From Dehalococcoidia bacterium (GTDB taxonomy: Bacteria; Chloroflexota; Dehalococcoidia; GIF9; AB-539-J10), in contig JAGGZD010000127.1 of NCBI GenBank assembly GCA_021162245.1, positions 1 through 36,019 on the forward strand: DNA of 36,019 nucleotides, in the 5' to 3' direction. Positions 27,031 through 36,019 of the stretch are shown here, in pieces (the stretch's first letter is position 1; every line of letters begins with the position of its first letter). The notes under the pieces are model-generated. The model was given only the letters and a program-made list of their open reading frames with translations, searched no databases and was not told where the DNA came from. A program made the position numbers and the translations under genes.

Positions 27031-27342
27031 TCAGTCAATCACCTCCCCACAGGAATGGCAAACCCGAACCTTCCGCCCATTATCAAGAAACCGAAAGCCT
27101 ACACGAGTAGGTTTACCACATTTATCACACACTAACATCACATCAGATACATGGAGTGGAGCTTCAAGCTCAATTATGCCGCTTTGCCGAGCTTTACCAC
27201 GAGTTCGCGAATGACGCTTAATCATGTTAACTCCTTCCACTACTACTCTCTCACTCTTTGTAAAAACCTGACGTACTTTCCCTTTTTTCCCTTTATTCTT
27301 ACCAGCGATACAGATAACTGTATCCTCTTTTCTAATCTTCAT
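27031..27342 (-). CDS. rplX: 50S ribosomal protein L24
   Basis: MKIRK.D.V..IAGK.KGK.GKV, VEGVN, EAPLH.S. Confidence 0.97.
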   Translation of the reverse strand: MKIRKEDTVICIAGKNKGKKGKVRQVFTKSERVVVEGVNMIKRHSRTRGKARQSGIIELEAPLHVSDVMLVCDKCGKPTRVGFRFLDNGRKVRVCHSCGEVID

Positions 27343-27344
27343 TA

Positions 27345-27713
27345 TCAAAGAACCTCTGGGGCCAAGGATATCACCTTGGCAAAATTCTTATCCCTGAGTT
27401 CCCGCGCAACAGGTCCCAAAATACGGCTGCCTTTAGGGTTGCTTTTCTCACTCAGGATGACCGCAGCATTTTCATCAAACCTGATATAGGAACCATCAAC
27501 GCGGCAATAAGGTTTAGCTACACGTACAATTACAGCTCTCACAACATCCCCTTTCTTGACCATCCCGCGCGGCACAGCTCGTTTTACTGTAGCTACAATA
27601 ATATCACCAACAGACGCATACCTTCTCCTGGTACCCCCTAGCACGTTAATACACATAATTTCCTTGGCTCCAGTATTGTCAGCTACCTTAAGCATAGTAT
27701 AAGATTGAATCAT
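27345..27713 (-). CDS. rplN: 50S ribosomal protein L14
   Basis: [37 protein letters not shown]. Confidence 0.98.
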   Translation of the reverse strand: MIQSYTMLKVADNTGAKEIMCINVLGGTRRRYASVGDIIVATVKRAVPRGMVKKGDVVRAVIVRVAKPYCRVDGSYIRFDENAAVILSEKSNPKGSRILGPVARELRDKNFAKVISLAPEVL

Positions 27714-28003
27714 TTCTCTCCACTCCCCACTGATTCTATCTCAGATGACTCCCCCCTAGATATTATCTCTACCATCTGCCATCTCTTTTCCTTAGATAAG
27801 GGACGTGTCTCCACAATTTTCACTTTGTCTCCAACTTTACACACGTTGCCTGCATCATTAACTTTATATCTCTTGGTGCGCTTGACAGCTTTCTTATAAA
27901 GCGGGTGTCGCCTCACGGTTTCTACTACTACCACCACAGTTTTATCCATCTTATCGCTCACCACCTGCCCTATTCTAACTTTTCTCTTTCCTATGTATTT
28001 CAT
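27710..28003 (-). CDS. rpsQ: 30S ribosomal protein S17
   Basis: [30 protein letters not shown]. Confidence 0.98.
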   Translation of the reverse strand: MKYIGKRKVRIGQVVSDKMDKTVVVVVETVRRHPLYKKAVKRTKRYKVNDAGNVCKVGDKVKIVETRPLSKEKRWQMVEIISRGESSEIESVGSGEK

Positions 28004-28197
28004 TCTGCACCAAGCTCTCTTTCTCTCAAAATAGCCTCCATTCTGGCGATATCCTTCTTAACTCTGGGAATCTCACGATGATTAACCAGCTGTCGAGTTG
28101 CCAAGCGAAAGCGAAGATTGAGAAACTCCTCACGAGAATCTTCTAGTTTTTTTAATAATTCCTCATCACTGAAAGCGCGAATTTGATCAGTTTTCAC
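28000..28197 (-). CDS. rpmC: 50S ribosomal protein L29
   Basis: EF.NLRF..AT.QL.N, VKKDIAR; operon position. Confidence 0.97.
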   Translation of the reverse strand: MKTDQIRAFSDEELLKKLEDSREEFLNLRFRLATRQLVNHREIPRVKKDIARMEAILRERELGAE

Positions 28198-28607
28198 CCC
28201 TCATTCTCCTTCGTTACAAAACTAGCGGCAATAGGAAGTTTATAACAAGCAAGGCGCACTGCCTCCCGAGCCATATCCTTAGTTACATCACCTAACTCAA
28301 ACATAATTCTACCGCGTTTAACCACAGCCACCCAATGATCAGGAGCACCTTTACCACTACCCATCCTCGTTTCCGCTGGTTTTTTAGTTATGCTCTTATC
28401 AGGGAAAATGCGTATCCATAGCTGGCCTCTATGCATTAAACACCGTACCAGAACACGCCGCACTGCCTCAATTTGCCTCTCGGTGATCCATGCCGACTCA
28501 TCAGCTCTTAAACCAAAATCACCAAATGCAATAGTGGCCCCCCTGTGCGCTGCCCCCTTCATTCGCCCTCTATGAATTTTCCGATACTTCACTCGTTTCG
28601 GCTGCAA
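28194..28607 (-). CDS. rplP: 50S ribosomal protein L16
   Basis: [36 protein letters not shown]. Confidence 0.98.
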   Translation of the reverse strand: MQPKRVKYRKIHRGRMKGAAHRGATIAFGDFGLRADESAWITERQIEAVRRVLVRCLMHRGQLWIRIFPDKSITKKPAETRMGSGKGAPDHWVAVVKRGRIMFELGDVTKDMAREAVRLACYKLPIAASFVTKENEG

Positions 28608-29253
28608 CGTTTTTCTCCCTTACTTTACTAGGAACAAAATCACCCCTGTAAATCCAGACTTTGACTCCAATACATCCCATCATGGTACTAGCTTCAGCAA
28701 AACCATAACTTATATCAGCACGCAATTTATGCAATGGCATTTGTCCTTGGTGAGACATCTCAGCTCTAGCGATTTCACGTCCACCAAGTCTTCCTGCACA
28801 TCTTATCTTTACCCCTTTAGCACCCGCTTGCATAGTTCTAAAAGCGGCCTGCTTCATAGCACGACGAAAAGGTATCCTACCTTCGATTCTGTCAGCTATA
28901 CTTCGAGCCACCAGACAAGCCTCCAGTTCAGGCCGTTCAATTTCTCTGATAGTTAATCTAACTCTTTCCCCGCTGATTTTTTCCAATTTCGCTCTCAGCG
29001 CTTCTACATTCTGTCCTCTCTTACCAATCAAAACACCGGGACGGCCAGAGTAAAGGGTTAAACATAACTCTCCGCCCGGCCGTTCAATTTCCAGCCGAGC
29101 AATATCCCCACTATCACACTCCTGCTTAACAACTCTCCGTAGCTTCAGATCATCCTGTAAAAACTGCGCATAATGCTTCCCAGCATACCACTTAGCACGC
29201 CAATCACACGTAATACCTAACCTGAAACCATAAGGATGAACTTTCTGTCCCAA
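28570..29253 (-). CDS. rpsC: 30S ribosomal protein S3
   Basis: [46 protein letters not shown]. Confidence 0.98.
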   Translation of the reverse strand: MGQKVHPYGFRLGITCDWRAKWYAGKHYAQFLQDDLKLRRVVKQECDSGDIARLEIERPGGELCLTLYSGRPGVLIGKRGQNVEALRAKLEKISGERVRLTIREIERPELEACLVARSIADRIEGRIPFRRAMKQAAFRTMQAGAKGVKIRCAGRLGGREIARAEMSHQGQMPLHKLRADISYGFAEASTMMGCIGVKVWIYRGDFVPSKVREKNVAAETSEVSENS

Positions 29254-29254
29254 A

Positions 29255-29587
29255 CTATCCCTCCTCCACTAAAACTGTAATATGGCTGGCACGCTTCAAG
29301 ATAGGGCTTATTCTTCCTCGAGATTTAGGGCGGAACCTCTTTAAAGTCCGCGCCTCACCAGCGAAAATAGCTGCAATCCTGAGGTCAGCAGGCGACATTT
29401 GGAGGTTATTCTCTGCATTAGCAGATGCTGACTTGATCACTTTGGCTACAGCTTTAGCTGATGGGGTAGTCAAAAAATTCAACATAGTTAAAGCCTCATC
29501 AACTTTCTTACCTCTAACTCTATTTATCACCAAGCGGACCTTCCGAGGAGAAACCCCAACATCTTTAGCTACAGCTTTTACTTTCAC
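29255..29587 (-). CDS. rplV: 50S ribosomal protein L22
   Basis: SPRKVRLV, SA.ANAENN, KRFRP, SHITV. Confidence 0.98.
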   Translation of the reverse strand: MKVKAVAKDVGVSPRKVRLVINRVRGKKVDEALTMLNFLTTPSAKAVAKVIKSASANAENNLQMSPADLRIAAIFAGEARTLKRFRPKSRGRISPILKRASHITVLVEEG

Positions 29588-29593
29588 CGTAAT

Positions 29594-29881
29594 TTATCTC
29601 CCTGCCTGCGCAGTAATTTTAGCCTTAGTAACATGCCCTCTAAATGTTCGAGTGGGCACAAACTCAGCCAGTTTATATCCTACCATATTTTCAGTAATGA
29701 AAATTGGTATATGTTTCCTGCCATTGTGCACAGCAATGGTATGCCCTATCATCTGCGGCAAAATAGTGGAGGCACGAGACCAAGTCATTATCACTGTCTT
29801 CTCTCTTGAACTATTAAGTCTCTCTATCTTCTTGAGCAACTTGGCGTCACAATAAGGACCTTTCTTGCGCGATCGAGACAT
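29594..29881 (-). CDS. rpsS: 30S ribosomal protein S19
   Basis: [36 protein letters not shown]. Confidence 0.98.
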   Translation of the reverse strand: MSRSRKKGPYCDAKLLKKIERLNSSREKTVIMTWSRASTILPQMIGHTIAVHNGRKHIPIFITENMVGYKLAEFVPTRTFRGHVTKAKITAQAGR

Positions 29882-29882
29882 T

Positions 29883-30707
29883 CTATTTCCTCCGCCTGAC
29901 AATCATTTTATCTGATACTTTACGACGCCGCGTTTTGTACCCCAATGCTGGCTTTGCCCACGGCGTTTTAGGATGTTTTAACCCTATCGGTGATCTACCT
30001 TCACCACCCCCATGAGGATGATCTCGAGGGGTCATAGCAGAACCTCGCACCGTAGGGCGTATACCCAACCACCTTTTACTTCCGGCCTTGCCGAGTTTCA
30101 TGTCTCCGTGGTTAATATTCCCTATCTGCCCTATAGTAGCACGACATCTCTCGTGAAATTTACGCAACTCACCTGAAGGCAACCGAAGCACTACATATCC
30201 ACCTTCTTTGCTCATAACCTGAGCAGCTGCTCCAGCACTGCGAACAAGCTGTCCTCGTTTGCCAGGAACAAACTCAATATTGTGAACCAGCGTCCCTGGA
30301 GGAATTGCACCTAGCGGTAAGGTGTTCCCAGGTTTTATCTCAACTTCGTCGCCAGCTATTATAACATCACCTACCCCGAGACCCAAAGGAGCAAGAATAT
30401 AACGTTTTTCACCATCCACATAGTAAATTAAGGCAATCCGAGCTGACCTATTAGGGTCATATTCAATGGTAGCTACCTTGCCAGGAATGCCAATCTTATC
30501 CCTCCTAAAATCAATAATACGAAGCTTACGCTTACTTCCTCCACCATGATGACGCACTGTTATTACACCACGATTATTGCGCCCCGCTTTCTTTTTCAGG
30601 CGAACAAGCAGGGATTTCTCAGGAGCTACCTTGCTTAGCTCTCCAAAATCCATCGCAACCTTACCCCTCCTGCCAGGAGAAGTTGGTTTATAAGTCTTTA
30701 ATGCCAT
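29883..30707 (-). CDS. rplB: 50S ribosomal protein L2
   Basis: [28 protein letters not shown]...DHPHGGGEG; ATG 30707. Confidence 0.98.
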   Translation of the reverse strand: MALKTYKPTSPGRRGKVAMDFGELSKVAPEKSLLVRLKKKAGRNNRGVITVRHHGGGSKRKLRIIDFRRDKIGIPGKVATIEYDPNRSARIALIYYVDGEKRYILAPLGLGVGDVIIAGDEVEIKPGNTLPLGAIPPGTLVHNIEFVPGKRGQLVRSAGAAAQVMSKEGGYVVLRLPSGELRKFHERCRATIGQIGNINHGDMKLGKAGSKRWLGIRPTVRGSAMTPRDHPHGGGEGRSPIGLKHPKTPWAKPALGYKTRRRKVSDKMIVRRRK

Positions 30708-30709
30708 TT

Positions 30710-30805
30710 TTATTGATGCTTCCTTTGCCAACGTGTTTTCTTGAGGAGTTTCTTATGACGATGCTTTGACATCATCTTCTTTCTCCATTTAACTACTGAA
30801 CCCAA
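30710..30805 (-). CDS. bS22 / mS38-like (AURKAIP1/COX24 domain) small basic ribosomal protein (not in ORF track)
   Basis: TTG start with AGAGGTG RBS; translation [31 protein letters not shown] resembles actinobacterial bS22 ([25 protein letters not shown]..., recalled); stop is 2 nt before the rplB ATG. Confidence 0.85.
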   Translation of the reverse strand: MGSVVKWRKKMMSKHRHKKLLKKTRWQRKHQ

Positions 30806-30828
30806 AATTCCACCTCTATAATAATAAT

Positions 30829-31113
30829 TTAAACACCTTCAAAAAGAGTAATCTTATTTCCCGGCTCCAACCCAACTATAGCTTTTTTCCAGGATGGACC
30901 TGTCACCTCTCGTCTGCCCATTCGCTTCGTCTTCCCACGAACAATTATCACATTAACCTTGGTCACCTTCACGTTAAAAGTCTTTTCTACCGCCTCTTTA
31001 ATCTGATGTTTTGTAGCTCCATTAGCTACCTTGAAGACATATTTGTCCTCTTCCTTAAGCAAAGTAGTTTTTTCTGTAACCAAAGGGCGTCTCAACACTT
31101 CATAAAGATGCAC
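30829..31113 (-). CDS. rplW: 50S ribosomal protein L23
   Basis: RPLVTEK, Y.FKV...ATK.QIKEAVE..F.VKV..VN, WKKAIV. Confidence 0.98.
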   Translation of the reverse strand: MHLYEVLRRPLVTEKTTLLKEEDKYVFKVANGATKHQIKEAVEKTFNVKVTKVNVIIVRGKTKRMGRREVTGPSWKKAIVGLEPGNKITLFEGV

Positions 31114-31115
31114 TT

Positions 31116-31748
31116 CTAATTACTCCTTGATCCCCAAATTCTATCTATATTATATAAGGCTGGGACAGAGATGACTAACGCTTTATAAGAAAGCAAGTCC
31201 AGTACATTCACCAGAGATGAAGGCAGAGTTTTAACATTGGCTAAATTGCGAGCTGACTTAATCATATTGGGATTGGAATGCTCGCTAACAATCAAGGCAG
31301 TAGAATCAACACCAACTGCCGCTAGCATATCAACTACATCCTTCGTTCTCGGTTCTTCAAAGGCGAATTTTTCTATCACCTTCAGGTTTTCCTCTCTAAT
31401 TTTAGAGGAGAGAACACACTTTAAAGCTAACCGCCTCATCCCCTTGGGCATAGATTGACGATATAAACGCGGCTTGGGGCCAAAAGCTACTCCACCCCCT
31501 CTGAGAAGTGGTGATTTAATATCACCCCGCCTTGCCCTTCCAGTATGTTTCTGAGCATAAAGCTTTCTCGTACTACCTCTAACCTCACTTCTCGACTTAG
31601 TAGATGCAGTCCCTTGGCGCCTGTTCGCCATCTGCATCACCATTGCCTGATGCACCACAGCCTCATTAAAAGGAACTCCAAAGACTTCCTCACTAAGCTC
31701 TACTTGGTTAATAACTTCACCTGCTAAACCATAAACAGGAACTTGCAC
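31116..31748 (-). CDS. rplD: 50S ribosomal protein L4
   Basis: RQGTASTK.RSEV.G, QKHTGRAR.G, GGGVAFGPKPR, SARNL. Confidence 0.98.
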   Translation of the reverse strand: MQVPVYGLAGEVINQVELSEEVFGVPFNEAVVHQAMVMQMANRRQGTASTKSRSEVRGSTRKLYAQKHTGRARRGDIKSPLLRGGGVAFGPKPRLYRQSMPKGMRRLALKCVLSSKIREENLKVIEKFAFEEPRTKDVVDMLAAVGVDSTALIVSEHSNPNMIKSARNLANVKTLPSSLVNVLDLLSYKALVISVPALYNIDRIWGSRSN

Positions 31749-31751
31749 TTT

Positions 31752-32369
31752 CTACTTCCTCACCTTTTTAATAATTAGTAATCCATTTCTGGCCCCTGGC
31801 GCAGACCCTTCAACCAGCAACAAACCACGATCCGCATCAACTTTAACTACCCTGACGTTGCGCACAGTTGTTTTCTTGCCCCCCATGCGCCCTGCCATAC
31901 GCTTCCCCTTCAACACCCGACCTGGAGATGTAGTGGCACCAATTGAGCCAGGAGCACGGTGACGATCGCTTTGCCCATGAGTTTTTGGTCCACCAGCAAA
32001 ATGATAGCGCTTCACCACCCCTGCGAAACCCCTGCCCTTTGATAAGCCACTTACATTCACAAAATCACCTGGGTTCAAAAAACCCACATCCACCTTGTCT
32101 CCACGCTTAACCGACATTACATCTACATCCCTGAATTCGTGTAGATGTCTAACCTCATTTATATCCTTAAGATGCCCTTTTTGTGAAGCATTGAGACGCT
32201 TAGCTTGCCCAAAGCCCAGCTGGACAGCTTGATAACCATCTTTGTCCATGTCCTTTACCTGAGTAACAAAACAAGGACCTGCTTCAATAGCAGTTACCCC
32301 TACCATTTCTCCATTTTCCAGGACAATCCTGGTCATACCTATCTTCTTACCAATAATAGCTGTCAACAT
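31752..32369 (-). CDS. rplC: 50S ribosomal protein L3
   Basis: GKKIGMT, DGYQAVQLG, SKGRGFAG..KRY, HRAPGSIG, GKRMAG.MG. Confidence 0.98.
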   Translation of the reverse strand: MLTAIIGKKIGMTRIVLENGEMVGVTAIEAGPCFVTQVKDMDKDGYQAVQLGFGQAKRLNASQKGHLKDINEVRHLHEFRDVDVMSVKRGDKVDVGFLNPGDFVNVSGLSKGRGFAGVVKRYHFAGGPKTHGQSDRHRAPGSIGATTSPGRVLKGKRMAGRMGGKKTTVRNVRVVKVDADRGLLLVEGSAPGARNGLLIIKKVRK

Positions 32370-32376
32370 AGATTTG

Positions 32377-32685
32377 TTATAACCTGATATCTATTTCCAC
32401 TCCAGAAGCCAAATTAATTTGGGTCAAAGCGTCTATAGTTTTAGAAGTTGGTTGTAAAATATCAATAAGCCGTTTATGAGTGCGAATTTCAAATTGCTCT
32501 CTCGAATCCTTATCAATATTCGGAGAGCGGATGACACAAAATTTTTCTATATGCGTAGGCAAAGGTACCGGCCCAACAATCGTAGCTCCAGTACGTTCCA
32601 CCGCTTCTGCTATTTGCATCGTCGCTTGATCAACTAATCTGTGATCGAAACCTTTAATTTTAACACGGACTTTCTGAGCGCTCAT
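32377..32685 (-). CDS. rpsJ: 30S ribosomal protein S10
   Basis: [28 protein letters not shown]. Confidence 0.98.
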   Translation of the reverse strand: MSAQKVRVKIKGFDHRLVDQATMQIAEAVERTGATIVGPVPLPTHIEKFCVIRSPNIDKDSREQFEIRTHKRLIDILQPTSKTIDALTQINLASGVEIDIRL

Positions 32686-34767
32686 TTATTTATTCACCCT
32701 GGTGCTAGCCATAATCTGCTCGCTTAAATTAGCAGGTACTTCTTCATAACGATAAAATGCCATAGTGTAAGTTGCTCTACCCTGGCTGAGTGACCTCAAA
32801 TCGCCAACGAAGCCAAAAGTTCTTACTAGAGGGACAAAGCAACGAACAACGCTGGAATCTTTGTAAGATTCAACCACCTCAATACGAGCCCTTCGGGAAT
32901 TCAAATCACCGATGACGTCTCCCAAAAATTGAGCTGGTGTCATTATTTCCGCTTTCATAATTGGCTCCAGGATAACAGGCTTAGCCCTAGCTACAGCCTT
33001 CTTTGTAGCCATCGAGCCTGCTATTTTAAAAGCCAGGGCCGAAGAGTCAACATCGTGGAAGCTGCCATCATACAAAATCGCCTTAATATCCACCACAGGA
33101 TAACCCGCCAGGCGCCCGCTTTGCAAAGCCTCTTTAACCCCAGTTTCCACAGCTGGAATAAATTCCTTCGGCACGACACCATTGCGAGTTTGGTCACAAA
33201 ACCCGAAGCCACTACCTCGTTCTCCAGGTTCAAGCTTAATCCAGACATGTCCATACTGCCCTTTACCACCCGACTGTCGAACAAATTTTCCCTCCGCTTC
33301 TACAGGTACAGTGATTGTCTCTTTATAAGCTACTTGAGGCTTGCCAGTTGTCACTTTTACCCCGAATTCATGAGCTACACGCTCTATCAACACTTCAAGA
33401 TGCAATTCACCCATTCCTGAGATAAGCATCTGCCCTGTCTCCGCGTCGCTATGAACTTTGAAGGTGGGATCCTCCTCGGCAAGCTTAGTTAAGGCACTAC
33501 CCAATTTCTCCTGATCAACTTTACTTTTAGGTTCTATTGCCATTGAAAGTACGGTATCAGAAAAATGTATTGCCTCAAAAAGCATCGGGGTAGCAGCATT
33601 ACAAAGAGTATCCCCTGTCGACGTCTTCCTGAGCCCCACAGTAGCAACAATACTACCCGATTCAGCCTCCCCAATCTCCTCACGATGATTAGCATGCATA
33701 AGGTATAGCCTACCCAAATGCTCTTTTACCCCTTTTGTCGCATTAAAAATTTGCGCTCCAGTTTTCACATTACCCGAATATACACGCAGGTAGGTTAATC
33801 TACCCATAAACGGATCAGAAACAACCTTAAAAGCCAAAGCTGAAAGAAGATTTTCATCGTCTGCTCGGCAAAAGATTTCCTTCCCATTTTTAGAATTGAT
33901 AGCGCAAACAGGAGGAACATCCAAAGGCGAAGGAAGATAATCTACAATAGCATCAAGTAACGGTCTGATTCCTTTACCTTTTAGCGCACTACCACAAAGA
34001 ACAGGCACCACACGGTTAGCTGCAGTCAATCTCCTTATAGCTGCTTTAAGCTGAGAAGTAGAAATTTCCTCACCCTCAAGATAGCTAAGCATGATCTGGT
34101 CATCATCTTCAGCTAGTTTCTCAATAAGCGCTCGACGATAGCTGGCCACGGTATCCTTATCACTTTCCTGTATAGCACTTTCTATCGGCATCAGCTGAGG
34201 ATCATCTGCGAAATGAACTGCCCTATTCTCCACGAGATCAACAATTCCTTTGAATGACCTCTCAGCACCTAATGGAATTTGCACTGGCAAGACTCTGGCT
34301 CGCAGTCGCTCCTCAATCATGGATATTGTACCAGGGAAATCAGCACCGGTCCGATCCATCTTATTAATAAAACAAATCCTCGCCACATTATACTTATCTG
34401 CTTGACGCCACACAGCCTCCGATTGAGCTTCCACACCAGCTACAGCATCAAGCACTACAACACCACCATCCAATACCCTCAGGCTGCGTTCCACCTCAGC
34501 AGCGAAATCCACATGTCCAGGCGTATCAATAATATTGATGCGATGTTCTTTCCAATAACAAGTAGTAGCTGCCGCCGTGATGGTAATACCACGCTCTCGC
34601 TCCTGCTGCATCCAATCCATCACAGTGGTTCCCACATCCACTTCACCAATTTTGTAAGTACGCCCTGTATGGTAAAGAATTCTCTCAGTAGTCGTGGTTT
34701 TACCAGCGTCTATGTGAGCAATAATTCCTATATTTCGTATATCCTCTAAAGGGAAAATCCGCGACAT
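32686..34767 (-). CDS. fusA: Elongation factor G (start ATG 34767 or up to 13 codons upstream)
   Basis: [60 protein letters not shown]. Confidence 0.98.
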   Translation of the reverse strand: MSRIFPLEDIRNIGIIAHIDAGKTTTTERILYHTGRTYKIGEVDVGTTVMDWMQQERERGITITAAATTCYWKEHRINIIDTPGHVDFAAEVERSLRVLDGGVVVLDAVAGVEAQSEAVWRQADKYNVARICFINKMDRTGADFPGTISMIEERLRARVLPVQIPLGAERSFKGIVDLVENRAVHFADDPQLMPIESAIQESDKDTVASYRRALIEKLAEDDDQIMLSYLEGEEISTSQLKAAIRRLTAANRVVPVLCGSALKGKGIRPLLDAIVDYLPSPLDVPPVCAINSKNGKEIFCRADDENLLSALAFKVVSDPFMGRLTYLRVYSGNVKTGAQIFNATKGVKEHLGRLYLMHANHREEIGEAESGSIVATVGLRKTSTGDTLCNAATPMLFEAIHFSDTVLSMAIEPKSKVDQEKLGSALTKLAEEDPTFKVHSDAETGQMLISGMGELHLEVLIERVAHEFGVKVTTGKPQVAYKETITVPVEAEGKFVRQSGGKGQYGHVWIKLEPGERGSGFGFCDQTRNGVVPKEFIPAVETGVKEALQSGRLAGYPVVDIKAILYDGSFHDVDSSALAFKIAGSMATKKAVARAKPVILEPIMKAEIMTPAQFLGDVIGDLNSRRARIEVVESYKDSSVVRCFVPLVRTFGFVGDLRSLSQGRATYTMAFYRYEEVPANLSEQIMASTRVNK

Positions 34768-34812
34768 AATCTTACTCTTTACCTCAACCATTGTTTTAAC
34801 CGTCATGCTGCC

Positions 34813-35286
34813 TCACCAACGATAATGGGCAAAGGCTTTATTAGCCTCAGCCATCCTGTGAACATTATCACGCCTTTTAATCGTCGCCCCCTGTCCCTGA
34901 ATTATATCTACCAGCTCAAGGGCCAATTTCTCCGCCATGGATTTTCCACTACGCGCCCTCGCTGATACGATAATCCAGCGCATTGCTAAAGTGCGCCCAC
35001 GCTCTTTCTCTACTTCTACAGGGATCTGGTAGGTAGCACCTCCAACACGACGTGGCTTCACCATGAGAAGCGGTGTGGCGTCACTAATTGCTTGTTCTAA
35101 AGTTTTCACAGGGTCATTATTAAGACGTTGACCAGCAATTTGCATTGCGGTGTAGATAATACGCTCAGCCGTAGCTTTTTGCCCTCTTAACATAACTTTA
35201 TTAATAAATTTGGCTACAACGACATTGCCATATTTAGCATCCGGAGGCGTTACCCTCTTCGCTACTCTCTTAGCTCTTCTTGGCAT
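34813..35286 (-). CDS. rpsG: 30S ribosomal protein S7
   Basis: MPRR, RRVGGATYQIP, HRMAEANKAFAHYRW. Confidence 0.98.
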   Translation of the reverse strand: MPRRAKRVAKRVTPPDAKYGNVVVAKFINKVMLRGQKATAERIIYTAMQIAGQRLNNDPVKTLEQAISDATPLLMVKPRRVGGATYQIPVEVEKERGRTLAMRWIIVSARARSGKSMAEKLALELVDIIQGQGATIKRRDNVHRMAEANKAFAHYRW

Positions 35287-35298
35287 TCAACACCTTCA

Positions 35299-35715
35299 TC
35301 ATTCTTTAGGTTGTTTAGAACCATATTTACTGCGGCCCTGCTTTCGGTCAACTACCCCTTCAGTATCCAGCGTACCACGAATAATATGGTAGCGGATACC
35401 AGGAACATCCTTGACTCTGCCACCATGAATCAAAGCCACCGAGTGTTCCTGTAAATTATGTCCTTCGCCAGGAATATAAGCATTCACCTCCAATCCATTA
35501 GTTAACCTAACACGAGCAACTTTGCGCAACGCTGAGTTCGGTTTCTTGGGGGTGACAGTCTTAACTTGAATGCAAACACCCCGCATCTGCGGTGACCCTT
35601 CAGTCTGTTTCGTCTTACCTTTCACTGCATTATAAGCAAAATGCAACGCAGGAGACTTAGTTCGCTTGGAAAACTTCCGCCGCCCCTTGCGAACAAGCTG
35701 ATTAACTGTTGGCAT
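35299..35715 (-). CDS. rpsL: 30S ribosomal protein S12
   Basis: [40 protein letters not shown]; AGGAGG RBS. Confidence 0.98.
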   Translation of the reverse strand: MPTVNQLVRKGRRKFSKRTKSPALHFAYNAVKGKTKQTEGSPQMRGVCIQVKTVTPKKPNSALRKVARVRLTNGLEVNAYIPGEGHNLQEHSVALIHGGRVKDVPGIRYHIIRGTLDTEGVVDRKQGRSKYGSKQPKE

Positions 35716-35859
35716 TTCCGTAACCTCCTATATCTCTGGACAATCAAAAAACCGCCTAGTCATGCGCCGGTCTACTTTCTCCCAAGATTAGCACCACGCT
35801 CGGCCCAAACTAGCCAGCTCTGTAACCCTTATACTTCAGTAGGTAGACAGCAAGTCTGC

Positions 35860-35888
35860 AGCCTAACACAAGCAAGTAGAAAAGTCAA
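35860..35888 (-). promoter_or_regulatory. Putative sigma70 promoter of the ribosomal supercluster
   Basis: Minus strand TTGACT-N17-TAGGCT with TG extended -10, about 145 bp upstream of rpsL. Confidence 0.5.
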
Positions 35889-35973
35889 ACAAACGAATTG
35901 AATCATCTAAAATCGAACCGAAGGTATTTAAGATATGCTCTGGCTAGCGCTATAAAGGAGGTTAAGCCAGGCA

Positions 35974-36019
35974 ATGGAGAGAATGGACATGCACGCGAGG
36001 GATGAATATCTAAAGGTAA
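35974..36019 (+). mobile_element. 5' end of a probable integrase/transposase gene (truncated by window edge)
   Basis: AAAGGAGG RBS; MERMDMHARDEYLKV resembles the MDMH.R..YL N-terminus recalled from IS-type integrase-core proteins; RBS lies within a hairpin; only 15 codons visible. Confidence 0.35.

Noticed and set aside
16917-35901. Numerous plus-strand ORFs of 60-163 aa opposite ribosomal genes
   Set aside because: Antisense shadows of conserved genes
1-36019. CRISPR arrays, tRNA or rRNA genes
   Set aside because: No regularly spaced repeats or cloverleaf/rRNA signatures seen in the intergenic regions

Overview
Bacterial window, most likely Chloroflexota class Dehalococcoidia (inferred from ribosomal protein sequences and from fusA abutting rpsJ with no tuf). 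The right part (16.9-35.7 kb, minus strand) is the str-S10-spc-alpha supercluster followed by truA-rplM-rpsI. It has four oddities: an unannotated 31-aa bS22/mS38-like gene between rplW and rplB, map reduced to an in-frame 60-aa N+C remnant, no rpmD, and no tuf. The left part (0.1-14.7 kb) is an accessory cell-surface glycan locus. It holds two RHH/CopG proteins, ATP sulfurylase cysDN without an APS kinase domain, a flippase, and archaeal AglJ/AglG-like GT2s plus a GT4. It also holds five alkaline-phosphatase-superfamily genes (one pseudogenised), of which four form a tandem duplicated [NPP-like + sulfatase-like] unit. The four intact enzymes lack the formylglycine motif and carry Thr/Ser nucleophiles, and the four genes of the duplicated unit share a basic C-terminal tail, which suggests a non-canonical (possibly APS-dependent) glycan sulfation system. 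Several gene remnants lie in this locus. NYN, DnaJ-like and isochorismatase genes sit between the two blocks, and a probable IS/integrase starts at the right edge. All family calls are from motif recognition; no database search was run.
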